A stretch of 64,000 bases of DNA from Andalucia godoyi And28. Taxonomy: Eukaryota; Protista; Jakobida. Made by a program: the position numbers and the translations under genes. The stretch covers positions 1-64,000 of the forward strand of contig VRVR01000027.1 of NCBI GenBank assembly GCA_009859145.1, written 5' to 3'. Under the pieces are notes generated by a model that was not told the DNA's origin, did not search any database, and saw only the letters and a list, made by a program, of their open reading frames with translations. This document shows, piece after piece, positions 52,449-62,983 of this stretch (position 1 is its first letter; each line of letters begins with the position of its first letter).

Positions 52449-54080
52449 ATGAAGCGCCCTTTCGCGACTTTGACGTTGCTAGTACTCGCAGTTATTCTGA
52501 TCGAATATGCTTGTTCCGCTGAAAATGGATGTCCGTCGATCGAAGATCTATTGGACCAAGACAAGGTAGAGTTCCAATTCATCTCTGCAAACGAGATTGC
52601 TGTTTCCCTCGAGGAAGAAGATTACGACACTGTGTCTCCCAAGGTTTCCACTGGCGTTTCTCTGATTCCAGGCTTTGAAAACTATTATCTTGGAAACAGT
52701 CGTGTAAATATTAATGGAGTCGCAATGGCCGCAGTTTCCGGTGTTTCCATTAACGCAATACCTGCTCATGCGCGATTCCAAGCAACCTCTACCGCAACCA
52801 GAAGTTACAAGAGACTACCCCCCAGACCTACCTCGATGGGACTCTTGCATGCAGATTGGAATCGCAGCAGCTCCGGAATACGATCCACGGCGAACAAGTT
52901 TCGATTCCAATCTGCGGGCCTTCAGACCTTTTTTGATTCCATGTTGCCACTGATGCGTGCCCATGTTCGGTCCGTTCACCGCCAAATCATCGACCAAGTG
53001 ATCCCTTCGATTGCCGCCTACGCTCCTTCGGAATCGTTTCCGCACGTCACCTTTTCCTCCACCGCAAATTCGGTTTCGGGAGTTCTCAATCTCACACTGG
53101 ATGTGGACACAGATCAATTCACGGTTCCCGAGGCTCCGCGTCAACACTTTTCATCCTACTCAGTGCACTTGGGCCTCCTTTCTGTCATCGAGTACCGTGC
53201 ATCGGATTGCAGCGGTTTCAACAAGACCTTCTCTCCGGATTCGTGCAGTGGGTTTCAAAAGTACGACGTGGCGTATGCGGATTGGAGTCCATTTGCACCG
53301 CACTCGGTTCCGTCGCAATATGGCTTCATTCCGTACGTCTCCACCATTGACATTCCTTCCAAGGGCACCCTGTCGGTGACGTACATCTCATCCCCCGTGA
53401 AGGCACAGTTTCAAAACATCACCTTGGAAGATGACACTGTGTACCTTTTCGTCAATATTACGTCGTGGACCTATTCGTCTGGGAACGAATTGCTTGCATT
53501 CGAAATGGTGATGGTTGGAGAATTTGTGAGTGGCTCTGCGATCGTCAATCAGACACAACTCACCTCGATCTATAACTCAACTGGATCCACACGACCGGCT
53601 GCCAAAGAGTTTTTCCACTTTGATAATGTCATCTCTTCGAGTCAGGGCACCGCGTCCTTTCTGCTTCAACCTCGACCACCTTCGACGAACTTTTCGCTTT
53701 TCACATTGCCAACCTGCGCGGTACCCGAGTGTTCGCTTTGGGACGCCAATGCAACCAAGAGTCTTGTGTACTACTCCATGGTATCTCCAGACCAGTCGGA
53801 TTTCACGTGGGTGGTCACTCTGGACAGTGCAACGCCAGTTGCGGACGCCATTCCCCCTCCTTCCGTTCCACCGCCCCGCTCGCCTGCAAGTTCCGACGAG
53901 AACACCTTGGTTTTCGAGATTCTCTTTGCGCTCGTTGCGTTTGCGTTCATTGCACTGTTGTGGTACTGCTGGGTACTGCGTCGTCGACTGGCTGCGGCGA
54001 TGAAGAATGCAACATCGACGGTTACTGTTCCTCTGGAGTTGCAGAGCTCCTCGGAATACCGGAGGTTTCAAGAAGGATGA
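52449..54080 (+). CDS. Type I membrane glycoprotein of unknown function (543 aa)
   Basis: Signal MKRPFATLTLLVLAVILIEYACSA; sequon-rich ectodomain; Pro-rich stalk; TM VFEILFALVAFAFIALLWYCWVL followed by RRR; short tail ending EYRRFQEG. Confidence 0.85.
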   Translation: MKRPFATLTLLVLAVILIEYACSAENGCPSIEDLLDQDKVEFQFISANEIAVSLEEEDYDTVSPKVSTGVSLIPGFENYYLGNSRVNINGVAMAAVSGVSINAIPAHARFQATSTATRSYKRLPPRPTSMGLLHADWNRSSSGIRSTANKFRFQSAGLQTFFDSMLPLMRAHVRSVHRQIIDQVIPSIAAYAPSESFPHVTFSSTANSVSGVLNLTLDVDTDQFTVPEAPRQHFSSYSVHLGLLSVIEYRASDCSGFNKTFSPDSCSGFQKYDVAYADWSPFAPHSVPSQYGFIPYVSTIDIPSKGTLSVTYISSPVKAQFQNITLEDDTVYLFVNITSWTYSSGNELLAFEMVMVGEFVSGSAIVNQTQLTSIYNSTGSTRPAAKEFFHFDNVISSSQGTASFLLQPRPPSTNFSLFTLPTCAVPECSLWDANATKSLVYYSMVSPDQSDFTWVVTLDSATPVADAIPPPSVPPPRSPASSDENTLVFEILFALVAFAFIALLWYCWVLRRRLAAAMKNATSTVTVPLELQSSSEYRRFQEG

Positions 54081-56446
54081 GCGGACGCCTGCGCGTTTTC
54101 CAGACGTGCTCTGTGACGACGTGCGAAGCTCGTTGCAATAGTCTTTTTCGTGTAAAGTCACTTTTTCGTCGTATCTTTTTGTAATTCTTCCAACCGAAGA
54201 ATGTATGATCGAGAGTGAACTTATGCACTCACCTTGTGCGACCGATCGGTATCTTTATGGCAGCCGTAGAATCTCCTCTCCCCTGTCCCTCAACGCACAA
54301 TGATGCACCATCCACATTCCACTGTGCATGATGCATCGATCAGAAATGGAAAATCCACCGTAGCCTGAGCCCAGACCGCGCCCCAGCCGACGTGTGCTCG
54401 TATGCCGACCTCGGTTGTGCTGCTTACACAGCTCTGCTCGTGCATCCAACCCGTGCAACGCACTCCGAGATCCGAGTTCAAGTCCCTCAGCAGCTTGTCC
54501 ATCATCCCATTCACGGTGAACCCCATCCGCCCGCTGGGGCACCAACGCACGAACCCGGTGGCTCTGTTCTTTCCAATCCCCCCATCTTTCATCCTTGTCG
54601 TCCTATCTTCGCCTGTTGGTCTCTTCGACCATACAGCAATTGACCAAGAATGAAGATGCTCCGAGCATCCAGCGCGATTCTTCTCACGTATGTCTTGCAC
54701 CTTTCTTTGCGAATGTTCAAGACAACTCGGACATTCGCTTGGATCACGACAAGTATTCGCTGTACGACGCACTGAACTGCTCCGACACGCGAACATTCCA
54801 GCGTGCAGTCGCAAAGTGTGCAATGGAAACGGCGTGTTCCAGGTGATCGGCGCTCTCCTGAACATGTCCTGCGTATGCTATGCTTCCGATGCCCCGCGGA
54901 TACTGGGCAGGAGAGTAGTGCGAGAAGTGCGAGAAGTGCCTTCCGGGCTGCGACCCCGCGTCCAACTGCACACAGTGTGCCCGGTATGATGACTGGGTGA
55001 GCATCAAGGCCGTGGTCCAGCAGCTGATTGACGCTGTGCAGATGCTGTCGTCGAATGTTTCCTCGCTTCAGAGTGCAATCGCGGGCAATGCGCACGACAT
55101 TGCTTCTTTGCTGGCCAACGACGGCGTCCTTACAAGGTGGTTCTCCACCGTACTTGGCGCGCCTGCCGAGATTTGGCAAGCGGCAACCACCGGAGAATCA
55201 CTGCAACTCGGCGCCGTCTGCTCCAAGTTTTGCGTCTTGTCGGCATCCCGCACGGCAGCGTATCAAAGCTTCAGGATTCGATTTCACCTGCCGACTGACC
55301 ATAGTTGACGACCAGTGGACTTTGCAATCCTCGAGCAGCGGCCCCAATCTGACGATTGTCTGCGAGTCTCTCTGCTGGACCCTGCCGCAGTTCTAGCACA
55401 TTTTGTCCGAATGCTTTTGGGATCTGTTCGCCTTTGTTGACTTCAAGACATTGAACTAGTTGAAGGGAACTCTCGTTTTTTCTTGTCATGCACTTCAGCG
55501 AAATCACATGTGCTCAGAGTCTTGCATCTCATGTTCACCATTTCCTTTCTATTGTGATGATTAGATGGTAGCGAGTAATCGTCTCGATGCAGTGGTCTCA
55601 TTGTAAAATCCATTCTTCAATGGAGATCCGTCCGCAAGAGCCTCTGTATTCTGTCATCTTGTTTTCCATGATGCAATGAATGCAATAGACGCCCCTTGTT
55701 GCGTTCTAATGTCTGACGACCATGCGTCCATATTGAGAAATTCACTGGTGCAAGTTTGTTCTTGGGTTTGTCACTGTAAACATCACCCTAAACAAGAAGC
55801 TAGCGACCCGATTGTTAGTGCGAAGTCACAGTCAAGCAGATGCCTAGAAGGCCGTGAACATGGATGAGACGGGGTCCAGGGAGACCAGGAATCGAAAATC
55901 CGCCTTCTGAGACACCTCGCGGGACCAGGAGGGTCCAACGAAAGGTCAATCCTGAACGCAACCGCGTCATTATGATCATCTTCATGTCAGCAGATAGCAG
56001 CGCATCCACGTCGATGTTTGCGTCTGATGGAACATAGGCCCCTTCAGCAACATTTGCTCCATCAGAACGTGTGCCACAGCATGAATCACGAGGAGCGCTT
56101 TCGAAGAAGAAGAGGAGTGAAGCCAAGAAGCCGAATTCCAAGGGATGCGCACAAGCCCCATGTGTCGATGTCACATTGCAGTCGCTAGATCGGCAGAGAG
56201 AGGAGAAACGCCAACAGGAAAATGTGAAAAACGAGAAGGCAGCAAAGCGAACGAAGACTAGCGTTGCGACTCATGTCCAAAGCTCCATTCCTGACATCCA
56301 GCAAAGTTAAGAATGATTAGCAAAGCCAAGAATGGTTACAATAAGCGATTTGCAAACAAAATGGGCTCTTTAATCATAATTGAGCAAAACGTGTTCAGAC
56401 CTGGAGAACACACGTTCGTGGAATATTTGCGAGATTTCCAGAATGC

Positions 56447-58534
56447 TCAAACTGGATTATTTTGATCGCCAGCAGTTTCAAAGAACTCTTGCACTCGCTG
56501 AACCAGCCGTTCACTCGCGCTGCTCCGTTTCTTCAATTCAAACAAACTGGGAAACTCTTGATGCAGTCGTCGCAAAAAGGAACGCAACGGGCGCCGCTCC
56601 TGCGTGTCAAGCGCCGGGATCGGAACAGACGGGTCCAGCACATCGTTCAAAATGCCTGATCGAATTTGAAACAAGACGGATTTGTTGGCCACCCGGCTAT
56701 GCGATTCTACACGAGTTGATTCGTTCAAATAAATGGCCACCGGCGGCAGCCACGAGAGGACGTCACCAATCGCAAGATAAAACACTGTGAGCACAGCCTG
56801 CTGCAGACACACATGCAACCGCTGTCCGTCCGTGAGAGCGGTCAGAGAGCGCACAGAGTTCAGCCAATCCGGCGAGAATGCCGCGTGATAATGAAACTCT
56901 CTTTTGTCGCGCTTCTGGATAAACGATGCACCGCCCCAGTCAATCAAACAAATTGGAAACTGAAAGTCACTTCGAACGTCCTCCAAGAGCACCACATTCT
57001 GCGGGCAAATGTCCATGTGATGCACGTCAATCTGGCTGCAAAGCAGGATGATGTTGGTCAATTGTTGCAAGAGCTCTATGCAAAAAGCGAGAGGGCGGTC
57101 CGGGTAACACGATGCAAGTGGCAACGGCACTCCTACAGGAGTTGTGCACAGAATCGCTCCATGATCGGACTGCTCGGAATGCAAGAGAGTAGGCACCCAG
57201 AAATGATGGTGGCCGCAGACGATTTTGGAAAGTGCCTGCAGTGCACCAAGTTCGGTGGTCCATTCCGCTTGCTTCGATACCGGAAAGCACTTGACAACGA
57301 CAGAGGTCGTCGCATCAAGAGTCCCGGTTGCTAGTTCCACTGCATCCATTTTCCCGATTCCATGGACCGGTGCACGCTGCAGCATTCCAGTCAGCTCCAG
57401 TCTCGGTGAAATAGACAGTGAGCTCACGATTTCAGTGGACATTGTAGACACAACTGGTGGCGGCGCACCATCCCACCCACACAGTGCATGTGGATTACTG
57501 GACAGCAGGAAGCAAAGGCCTTTCATACCGTCCTCTTGAAGCGCAATTGGATCTGTTTCCAGCAGCTCGTAGTCCCATCCGGACTCGGAATCGAAAATGC
57601 GCAAGCACAGGAAAACAATGTAATTCCGATTGCACGCAAACCCCCAACACACACGTCGAGAAATACCTGACTCCTGAACAATGTGCGCAAATCGCTGGTA
57701 CACTTGCTGGGTAGCCTCGGAGAGCTTTGTCTTTTTAGTGCCGTCGAGTCGATCGAGTCCCTTGAGTTCTCCAGCAATGCTTGCTCCCGAGTACATGGGC
57801 CGTCGCAGAGCTTGACGGCCGATGCAGAACAGCAAATCGACCCTTTGGTTCTGTCCGTAGAGGCCACTCCGCGAAAAATCCACCAGATGCATGTCGCCGT
57901 GCTTGGAGAGGAATCGAGTGATGAACAGCCGGAACTGCACTTGCAGAAGCGGCTCAGGACAAGAGTCCAAAGGAAGCGTTCCAACCGTCTCGTTCCACAT
58001 TGCTTGGAAATCCTCCCAGAACGGGAGATTGGATGCAATGGAGGGGAAAAGATCGTCAAACGAAGACCTCGTGGCATACAGATTGGTGGTACCGCTGCGA
58101 GACGACGACCCCAAAGCCAGCAAATCCTGCGACAACTTGGAGAGGAAATACTTGATATCGGATACCTTCGCCACCTCTTCGGCAGCAAGTCTTCCTTGAT
58201 GCTCCGCCTCTTTCTCTTGTCTCTCACGATCAAGGGCTATTTGTGTCGACTCTTTCTCCTGTCTTTCTCTCTCTTTCTCAAGACGTTCATGTTCAGCGGC
58301 TGCTTCAGCAATCTCCTTCTCTTGTCTTTCTCTCTCTTTCTCAAGACGTTCATGTTCAGCGGCTGCTTCAGCAATTTTCTTCGCCTTCCTTTCATGTTCA
58401 GCGACTGCTTCAGCAATTTCCTTCGCCTTCAAAGCGTGTTCAGCGACTGCTTCAGCAGCCTCCTTTGCCTGCTTCAACTGCTCGAATTGCTTCAGCAGCT
58501 CCTGAATCTTGTCATTTGGATCGGACGAACTCAT
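56447..58534 (-). CDS. Coiled-coil repeats + REase-like domain + protein kinase (fungal-type/Crinkler-type kinase-like), 695 aa
   Basis: N-terminal EIAEAAAEHERLEKERERQEK repeats; RVDLLF...IAGELKG; kinase VVVKCF, TELGAL, HHMDICPQNV, ICLIDWGGA. Confidence 0.85.
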   Translation of the reverse strand: MSSSDPNDKIQELLKQFEQLKQAKEAAEAVAEHALKAKEIAEAVAEHERKAKKIAEAAAEHERLEKERERQEKEIAEAAAEHERLEKERERQEKESTQIALDRERQEKEAEHQGRLAAEEVAKVSDIKYFLSKLSQDLLALGSSSRSGTTNLYATRSSFDDLFPSIASNLPFWEDFQAMWNETVGTLPLDSCPEPLLQVQFRLFITRFLSKHGDMHLVDFSRSGLYGQNQRVDLLFCIGRQALRRPMYSGASIAGELKGLDRLDGTKKTKLSEATQQVYQRFAHIVQESGISRRVCWGFACNRNYIVFLCLRIFDSESGWDYELLETDPIALQEDGMKGLCFLLSSNPHALCGWDGAPPPVVSTMSTEIVSSLSISPRLELTGMLQRAPVHGIGKMDAVELATGTLDATTSVVVKCFPVSKQAEWTTELGALQALSKIVCGHHHFWVPTLLHSEQSDHGAILCTTPVGVPLPLASCYPDRPLAFCIELLQQLTNIILLCSQIDVHHMDICPQNVVLLEDVRSDFQFPICLIDWGGASFIQKRDKREFHYHAAFSPDWLNSVRSLTALTDGQRLHVCLQQAVLTVFYLAIGDVLSWLPPVAIYLNESTRVESHSRVANKSVLFQIRSGILNDVLDPSVPIPALDTQERRPLRSFLRRLHQEFPSLFELKKRSSASERLVQRVQEFFETAGDQNNPV
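58258..58460. repeat. Coding tandem repeats (63-bp exact duplication plus 33-bp related units)
   Basis: gtctttctctctctttctcaagacgttcatgttcagcggctgcttcagcaat at 58261 and 58324; further ttcagcgactgcttcagca units downstream. Confidence 0.9.
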
Positions 58535-58677
58535 GGGTCAATACAGAAGTGAAATGAAATGAAAATAAAGAATGTGAATACACACAAGAAGAAAGGAAGA
58601 AAGAGAGAAAGAAAAGAGAAGAAATGCAAACGGGAAAAAACAGCATAAATGCGGGGTTTTCCCGGCTGCCCCGATGG

Positions 58678-58756
58678 TATGAGTACAGACATTCCTAGAC
58701 TCGTATCAGTGAATAGCTATTCACTGATATGAGTCTGTACATTTCCCGACTCATAT
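58678..58756. repeat. 40-bp near-perfect palindrome with nested flanking inverted repeats
   Basis: agactcgtatcagtgaatagctattcactgatatgagtct (58697-58736, one mismatch); gtacagac/gtctgtac and tatgagt/actcata also pair. Confidence 0.85.
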
Positions 58757-59603
58757 CATTCAAGGGTTCGGAGATTTTCCAGACTTGTTCCCGGTCCCCT
58801 TTCTTTTTGAGGTTGCTCGGTTGTCCTGTGTTTTTCTTTTCGTTCCGTTTGTTTCTTTCAGAATCGTTTCCGTCCCCAAACTATGGGTAGCCCGGATCAG
58901 CTCCGAGGGAATACAGACATTGCTGGCAGAACATTGTCCAGGAGTCTTACTGCGGTCAAACAGGATCGTCGCATCACTTCCTTGTGAAACCTCGGCGAGG
59001 GATGTCTGTGCATGTTCCAACTGGCCGCATAGTGCACTTCGGCTTCTGGATGTAGACGATAGCACCGACTGCAGGCGTGTTTGATGTCTCTGTTATATGT
59101 ATTTTCTTGTCTTTACTGAAGTTATTCCCCTTATTATCCTCGTCTCAAAGTCGAGATACTGCTGTGCACAATCAACTCGCTTGTCTGGCTATTTCTGTGC
59201 GATCCTGCCGAGGATCGCCCTTCCTTCTATCGACCTCTTTATTTCAAGGCCTGCACTGTTGTTGATACGAAGTCATTTTGAAGATTAGACTGGCTGTCGT
59301 CGAAAACGCTTTAACAATGGGACTGAGGAAACAGCGGAGCACCTGGACTTTGATCTGCAACAGCAAGTTGTCTTCAGCAAGAACTTGGGGTTGTGGTCGC
59401 ATTGCCTTTCGGTATTCTCTTTAATGGTGAAGATCCGTGAGGAGTGGAAAGCGTATGCGCTGTACGTTGTATGGAGCTCTCCAGTGTCCGTCAAGCGATT
59501 CTGAGTCACTGTGTTGCAGCTCAATTCCATGACTTCTTCTTAGAAATCTGGACATCCATAAAGACTTGGCACACGACATGTTTCAAATCAATGGAGAAAA
59601 AGG

Positions 59604-60419
59604 TCACCGGCGGAATCTGGAGGAAAAACATCGAGCTCCATTGCGTCTCATCCCGGACGCACCCCCAGGATTGGGAGATCCACCCGAGTAAGAGGCATGA
59701 CGATGTGGCCTTGCGACAGTCTGTTGCGAAGGTCGTGTTCCGTACGTCATCCTGCTATCTCCAAGATGCCATCGAAACTCTCTTCCCGCGATTCGCTGAT
59801 CCTGACGTTCCTGGACACGAGCAAAGCAATCGGTTGCAAAATGGCCACTCCGACCACAGCGAAAGCAAACAATTACTTCACGAGGATGATGCACCCTCGC
59901 AAAACACTGGGATGAAACATGACCAGTCCGTCCGCACCGGTCGCACTCCACCACCTCCTCTTCACTCTCACTCTCACAGAGAACGGTTCGCGCGTAGCAT
60001 TCATCTGCGCAATGACCAGTGCGACCACATCGTTGACGAGCACGATGAGATGCAGTGGTTCTGCTGGCAAGACGACAATCGTTCGCGAAATGACCGGATT
60101 CACCACACCGCCAACATCGATCGGTCGCAGTGCACAATTCCCGATTCAGAGTCTCGAGTGTTGACGTCGGTAGAACAAGTTGAGAATACGAACCACTACG
60201 GACATTCTCAACACCGTATTGCTGCATGTATATTTTGACATACTTGTCCTCGTCAAATGCATCAGTTCCGGGAATGACCTCCACAACCTCCAATGGTCGA
60301 TACACAGCAGTCCACGCACTTGCCGACCGATCAACGTGATCTTCTATCCGACAGCTCAAATTCGAGGTTTTGCCAACATAGTACTTGCCATACTCGCATC
60401 GAAGAACATACACTGACAT
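59604..60419 (-). CDS. GIY-YIG nuclease + four CCHC zinc knuckles (one degenerate)
   Basis: VYVLRCEYGKYYVGKT...RIEDH...EDKYVKIYM..YG..NVRSG; CWRCGESGHFANDC, RCGRTGHCADEC, CDRCGRTGHVSSQC, CFRCGRSGHFATDC. Confidence 0.9.
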   Translation of the reverse strand: MSVYVLRCEYGKYYVGKTSNLSCRIEDHVDRSASAWTAVYRPLEVVEVIPGTDAFDEDKYVKIYMQQYGVENVRSGSYSQLVLPTSTLETLNRELCTATDRCWRCGESGHFANDCRLASRTTASHRARQRCGRTGHCADECYARTVLCESESEEEVVECDRCGRTGHVSSQCFARVHHPREVIVCFRCGRSGHFATDCFARVQERQDQRIAGREFRWHLGDSRMTYGTRPSQQTVARPHRHASYSGGSPNPGGASGMRRNGARCFSSRFRR

Positions 60420-60630
60420 ACATATCGACATTTAAGCACAATACCTTCGGAAATGAAGAAAGAAGACGCCTTGGAATATGGTAGAGAATTGAAACAACGC
60501 ACTGTTCTGTAAAAGTCTTGGGTCAGCAAGAGGCACAGAGCCCAATGGCAGAATTTCCTGTTTGGAGCACCATCTACGACAGCGGATACTTTACAAGATG
60601 TCAGTTTTCTTGGATCCCATTCTCCGCATG

Positions 60631-61755
60631 TTACAAAGACTGGCGCCCCAGTGCGAGTTCATAAGGTTCCTTTCCAAAAGAATGCACAAAAGGTTTGACG
60701 GCCAACCCTTGCAGCATGATGTCTGGCCGTCCGTGGAGAGGAAACCGTCCGAACAGACGATCCATGAAAAAATCAATCATTTCAGCACAACACTTGGTCT
60801 CATGTTTCCGCCTCTTGCTTAGCTTGTCACGCAGTTGTGCATACACTCGGATGGTGTTGCACATCTTGTCTCGCAATGACGCTCTCCGGTCAAAATCCGG
60901 ACGCCTCTGACACTTTCCATCCATGAAGAATCCATAGGCTGGCTCCAAAAACAAAATCATGCAAAGAAGCGCCCGTTTCTGTGGATCGTTTTTCCACGAT
61001 TCATCGACTGGCGAAAATAATTGGTTTGGATTCGTCGGGTCAAACATATCCCCGTCGCTCTGGGTGTCGAAATGGGTGTTTTCCGCTATCCAGCTCCACT
61101 CGATGGGTTGGAACATATCCTGGGAATGCTCTGCGATTTTCGCAATCTCAACAAGGATGAATGATGGTGGGATGAGCCGTCCGGTCAAATTCGATCTCGA
61201 AGCAGATGCAAACAGCCGGCATACTTTCAACGTCACCTGCGAAGCACAATGCATGATCCAATACTCCTTCATGCCTGTGAATTGTTCACTCGCCAAAAAC
61301 AAAAATTGATATCCTGTTTTCCCTGCAACAACCAGTTGAAAATAATCGGCCGGTTGCTCTCTGTACGGGTCGCATTGCTGGAAAATCGAAAACACGGCTT
61401 GTAGCAATGGTGCATAAGGCTCATTCCATCTCCTTCGATCCTTCACATACTGAGACGTCGCTGGAGCAGCCATGATGGGAAGCAACACTCGTTGTCCCTT
61501 GAGCGGGAATGCAACATTCATCGATACCCACACTTCAGCCATCAATGTCACGGCCAGAAGGGGCGAGATTTCAATGTCGGCCGGCTTGATGTGCGCGATC
61601 CCCGGCACAACCCGAGAAGAAAAGGCCGTCTCGAAAGTCGATGGAGAGAAGCTGGAATCTTCCTTCGCACGGGAAACCTTGGACGGACGGAATGCAGCAG
61701 AGTGAGCAGCTGGAAGAGGGCGAGTCGATCTTGTCGGATATCTGTTTGTTGACAT
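60631..61755 (-). CDS. Hypothetical protein (374 aa) with a low-complexity N-terminus
   Basis: ATG at 61755 after a pyrimidine-rich leader; uninterrupted ORF; no motif recognised. Confidence 0.7.
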   Translation of the reverse strand: MSTNRYPTRSTRPLPAAHSAAFRPSKVSRAKEDSSFSPSTFETAFSSRVVPGIAHIKPADIEISPLLAVTLMAEVWVSMNVAFPLKGQRVLLPIMAAPATSQYVKDRRRWNEPYAPLLQAVFSIFQQCDPYREQPADYFQLVVAGKTGYQFLFLASEQFTGMKEYWIMHCASQVTLKVCRLFASASRSNLTGRLIPPSFILVEIAKIAEHSQDMFQPIEWSWIAENTHFDTQSDGDMFDPTNPNQLFSPVDESWKNDPQKRALLCMILFLEPAYGFFMDGKCQRRPDFDRRASLRDKMCNTIRVYAQLRDKLSKRRKHETKCCAEMIDFFMDRLFGRFPLHGRPDIMLQGLAVKPFVHSFGKEPYELALGRQSL

Positions 61756-62816
61756 TTCCTGGAAGAAAAGTTGAAACCGCGAGGAAAACCTATTGCAGTA
61801 TATTACATGTTGAGAGCTGCGGAATGTTTGCTTTTTTCGCAAAACCCCACGATTGCAGAGGAACAAGGGAAAGGATTGTGACGGTTTTTGAATGGAAATG
61901 TGGATGTTTACAACCGTCACAATGGAGACGCAGCGGTCGATTGATTCCCGATTCTTCCGGTCTGTCGTTGTAGTATCTTCGGCTCGATAAACACCTGTGT
62001 GATGATTCGGCTACGTATCTTTCAGTACGCCCATTTCCATGAATGAACATAGATTTCCATTTATTTGGACGAAGAAGGACATTACATTGGGATTTGTTGG
62101 TATCAAGTGAGAGAAGTGTACTGAAAGAACGTTTGCTGCCCAATTATTGATTTTCTCTGGCTCTTTTCGTCAGGCGGAGAGTTACTCCAGATCTTGGCCA
62201 TTTTGGAGACAGCAGTAACGCTGCCGCCTGAGCCTGAAATTTATGAGACCAAGAATGATAGCTGACGACCACACTAAGGACAGTTCCATCGCCATTGGCA
62301 GCGGCAATCTCCAGTCTCTGGACCCGCTCTTCGTTGGACTCTTTAATCGCCTTCATGCGTGTGTCGTGTCAAGCGGAAAATGCAGCAACATAGATACGTC
62401 AATCAACAGGTTCAGCGATGCGATATATCAACAGAATGATTCGTGCAGGAATTTACCACGAATTCACAAGTAAATAAAGTCCGGCAGAGTGTGATGGAAT
62501 GACACACAACTTGGATCACCTTGCATCCCCCCCGCAGGAAACTCTTTTGGAATTCAATCGCTTCGCCTGCTACGGTCGCTCCTCCTTCCGCGAGGCTCGC
62601 TGGGAAAATCGCACTGCAGGAGGAACCGTTTCGGTCAAAAATAGCTTGACGGTGCTCATACAGTCCATTTTTGCTACAATTGAGAAAGTACTAGTCGCTA
62701 AAAATAATAAATAACGTTCACCCCGTTCTGGTCCTGGTTGCCCTCGTTTGTCCGGCATTTTCACAGCGAGCAGAGTCTATGGTTCGGGCTCTTTTACGGG
62801 GGTTGGAAGTCGGCGT

Positions 62817-62880
62817 ACGTAAAATGCACGTAAAATGCACGTAAAATGCACGTAAAATGCACGTAAAATGACGTAAAACG
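62817..62880 (+). repeat. Tandem 11-bp repeat ACGTAAAATGC (4 full + 2 variant copies), probable hAT subterminal repeats
   Basis: Read directly; lies ~100 bp beyond the transposase stop codon. Confidence 0.85.
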
Positions 62881-62983
62881 CATCATTTTGTCATCGAAAT
62901 AAATGTATTGTCATGTATTAGTGAGTAAACATCGCTGTTCGCATCGTCTTTGGTGGGTGTGGTGGGCCGACATTCTCTGTCGT

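Noticed and set aside
57523-58552. Overlapping 236- and 289-aa ORFs
   Set aside because: Alternative-frame or antisense shadows of the repeat-rich kinase gene.
58258-62880. CRISPR array interpretation of the tandem repeats
   Set aside because: The repeats have no unique spacers (coding or head-to-tail units) and there are no cas genes; the context is eukaryotic.
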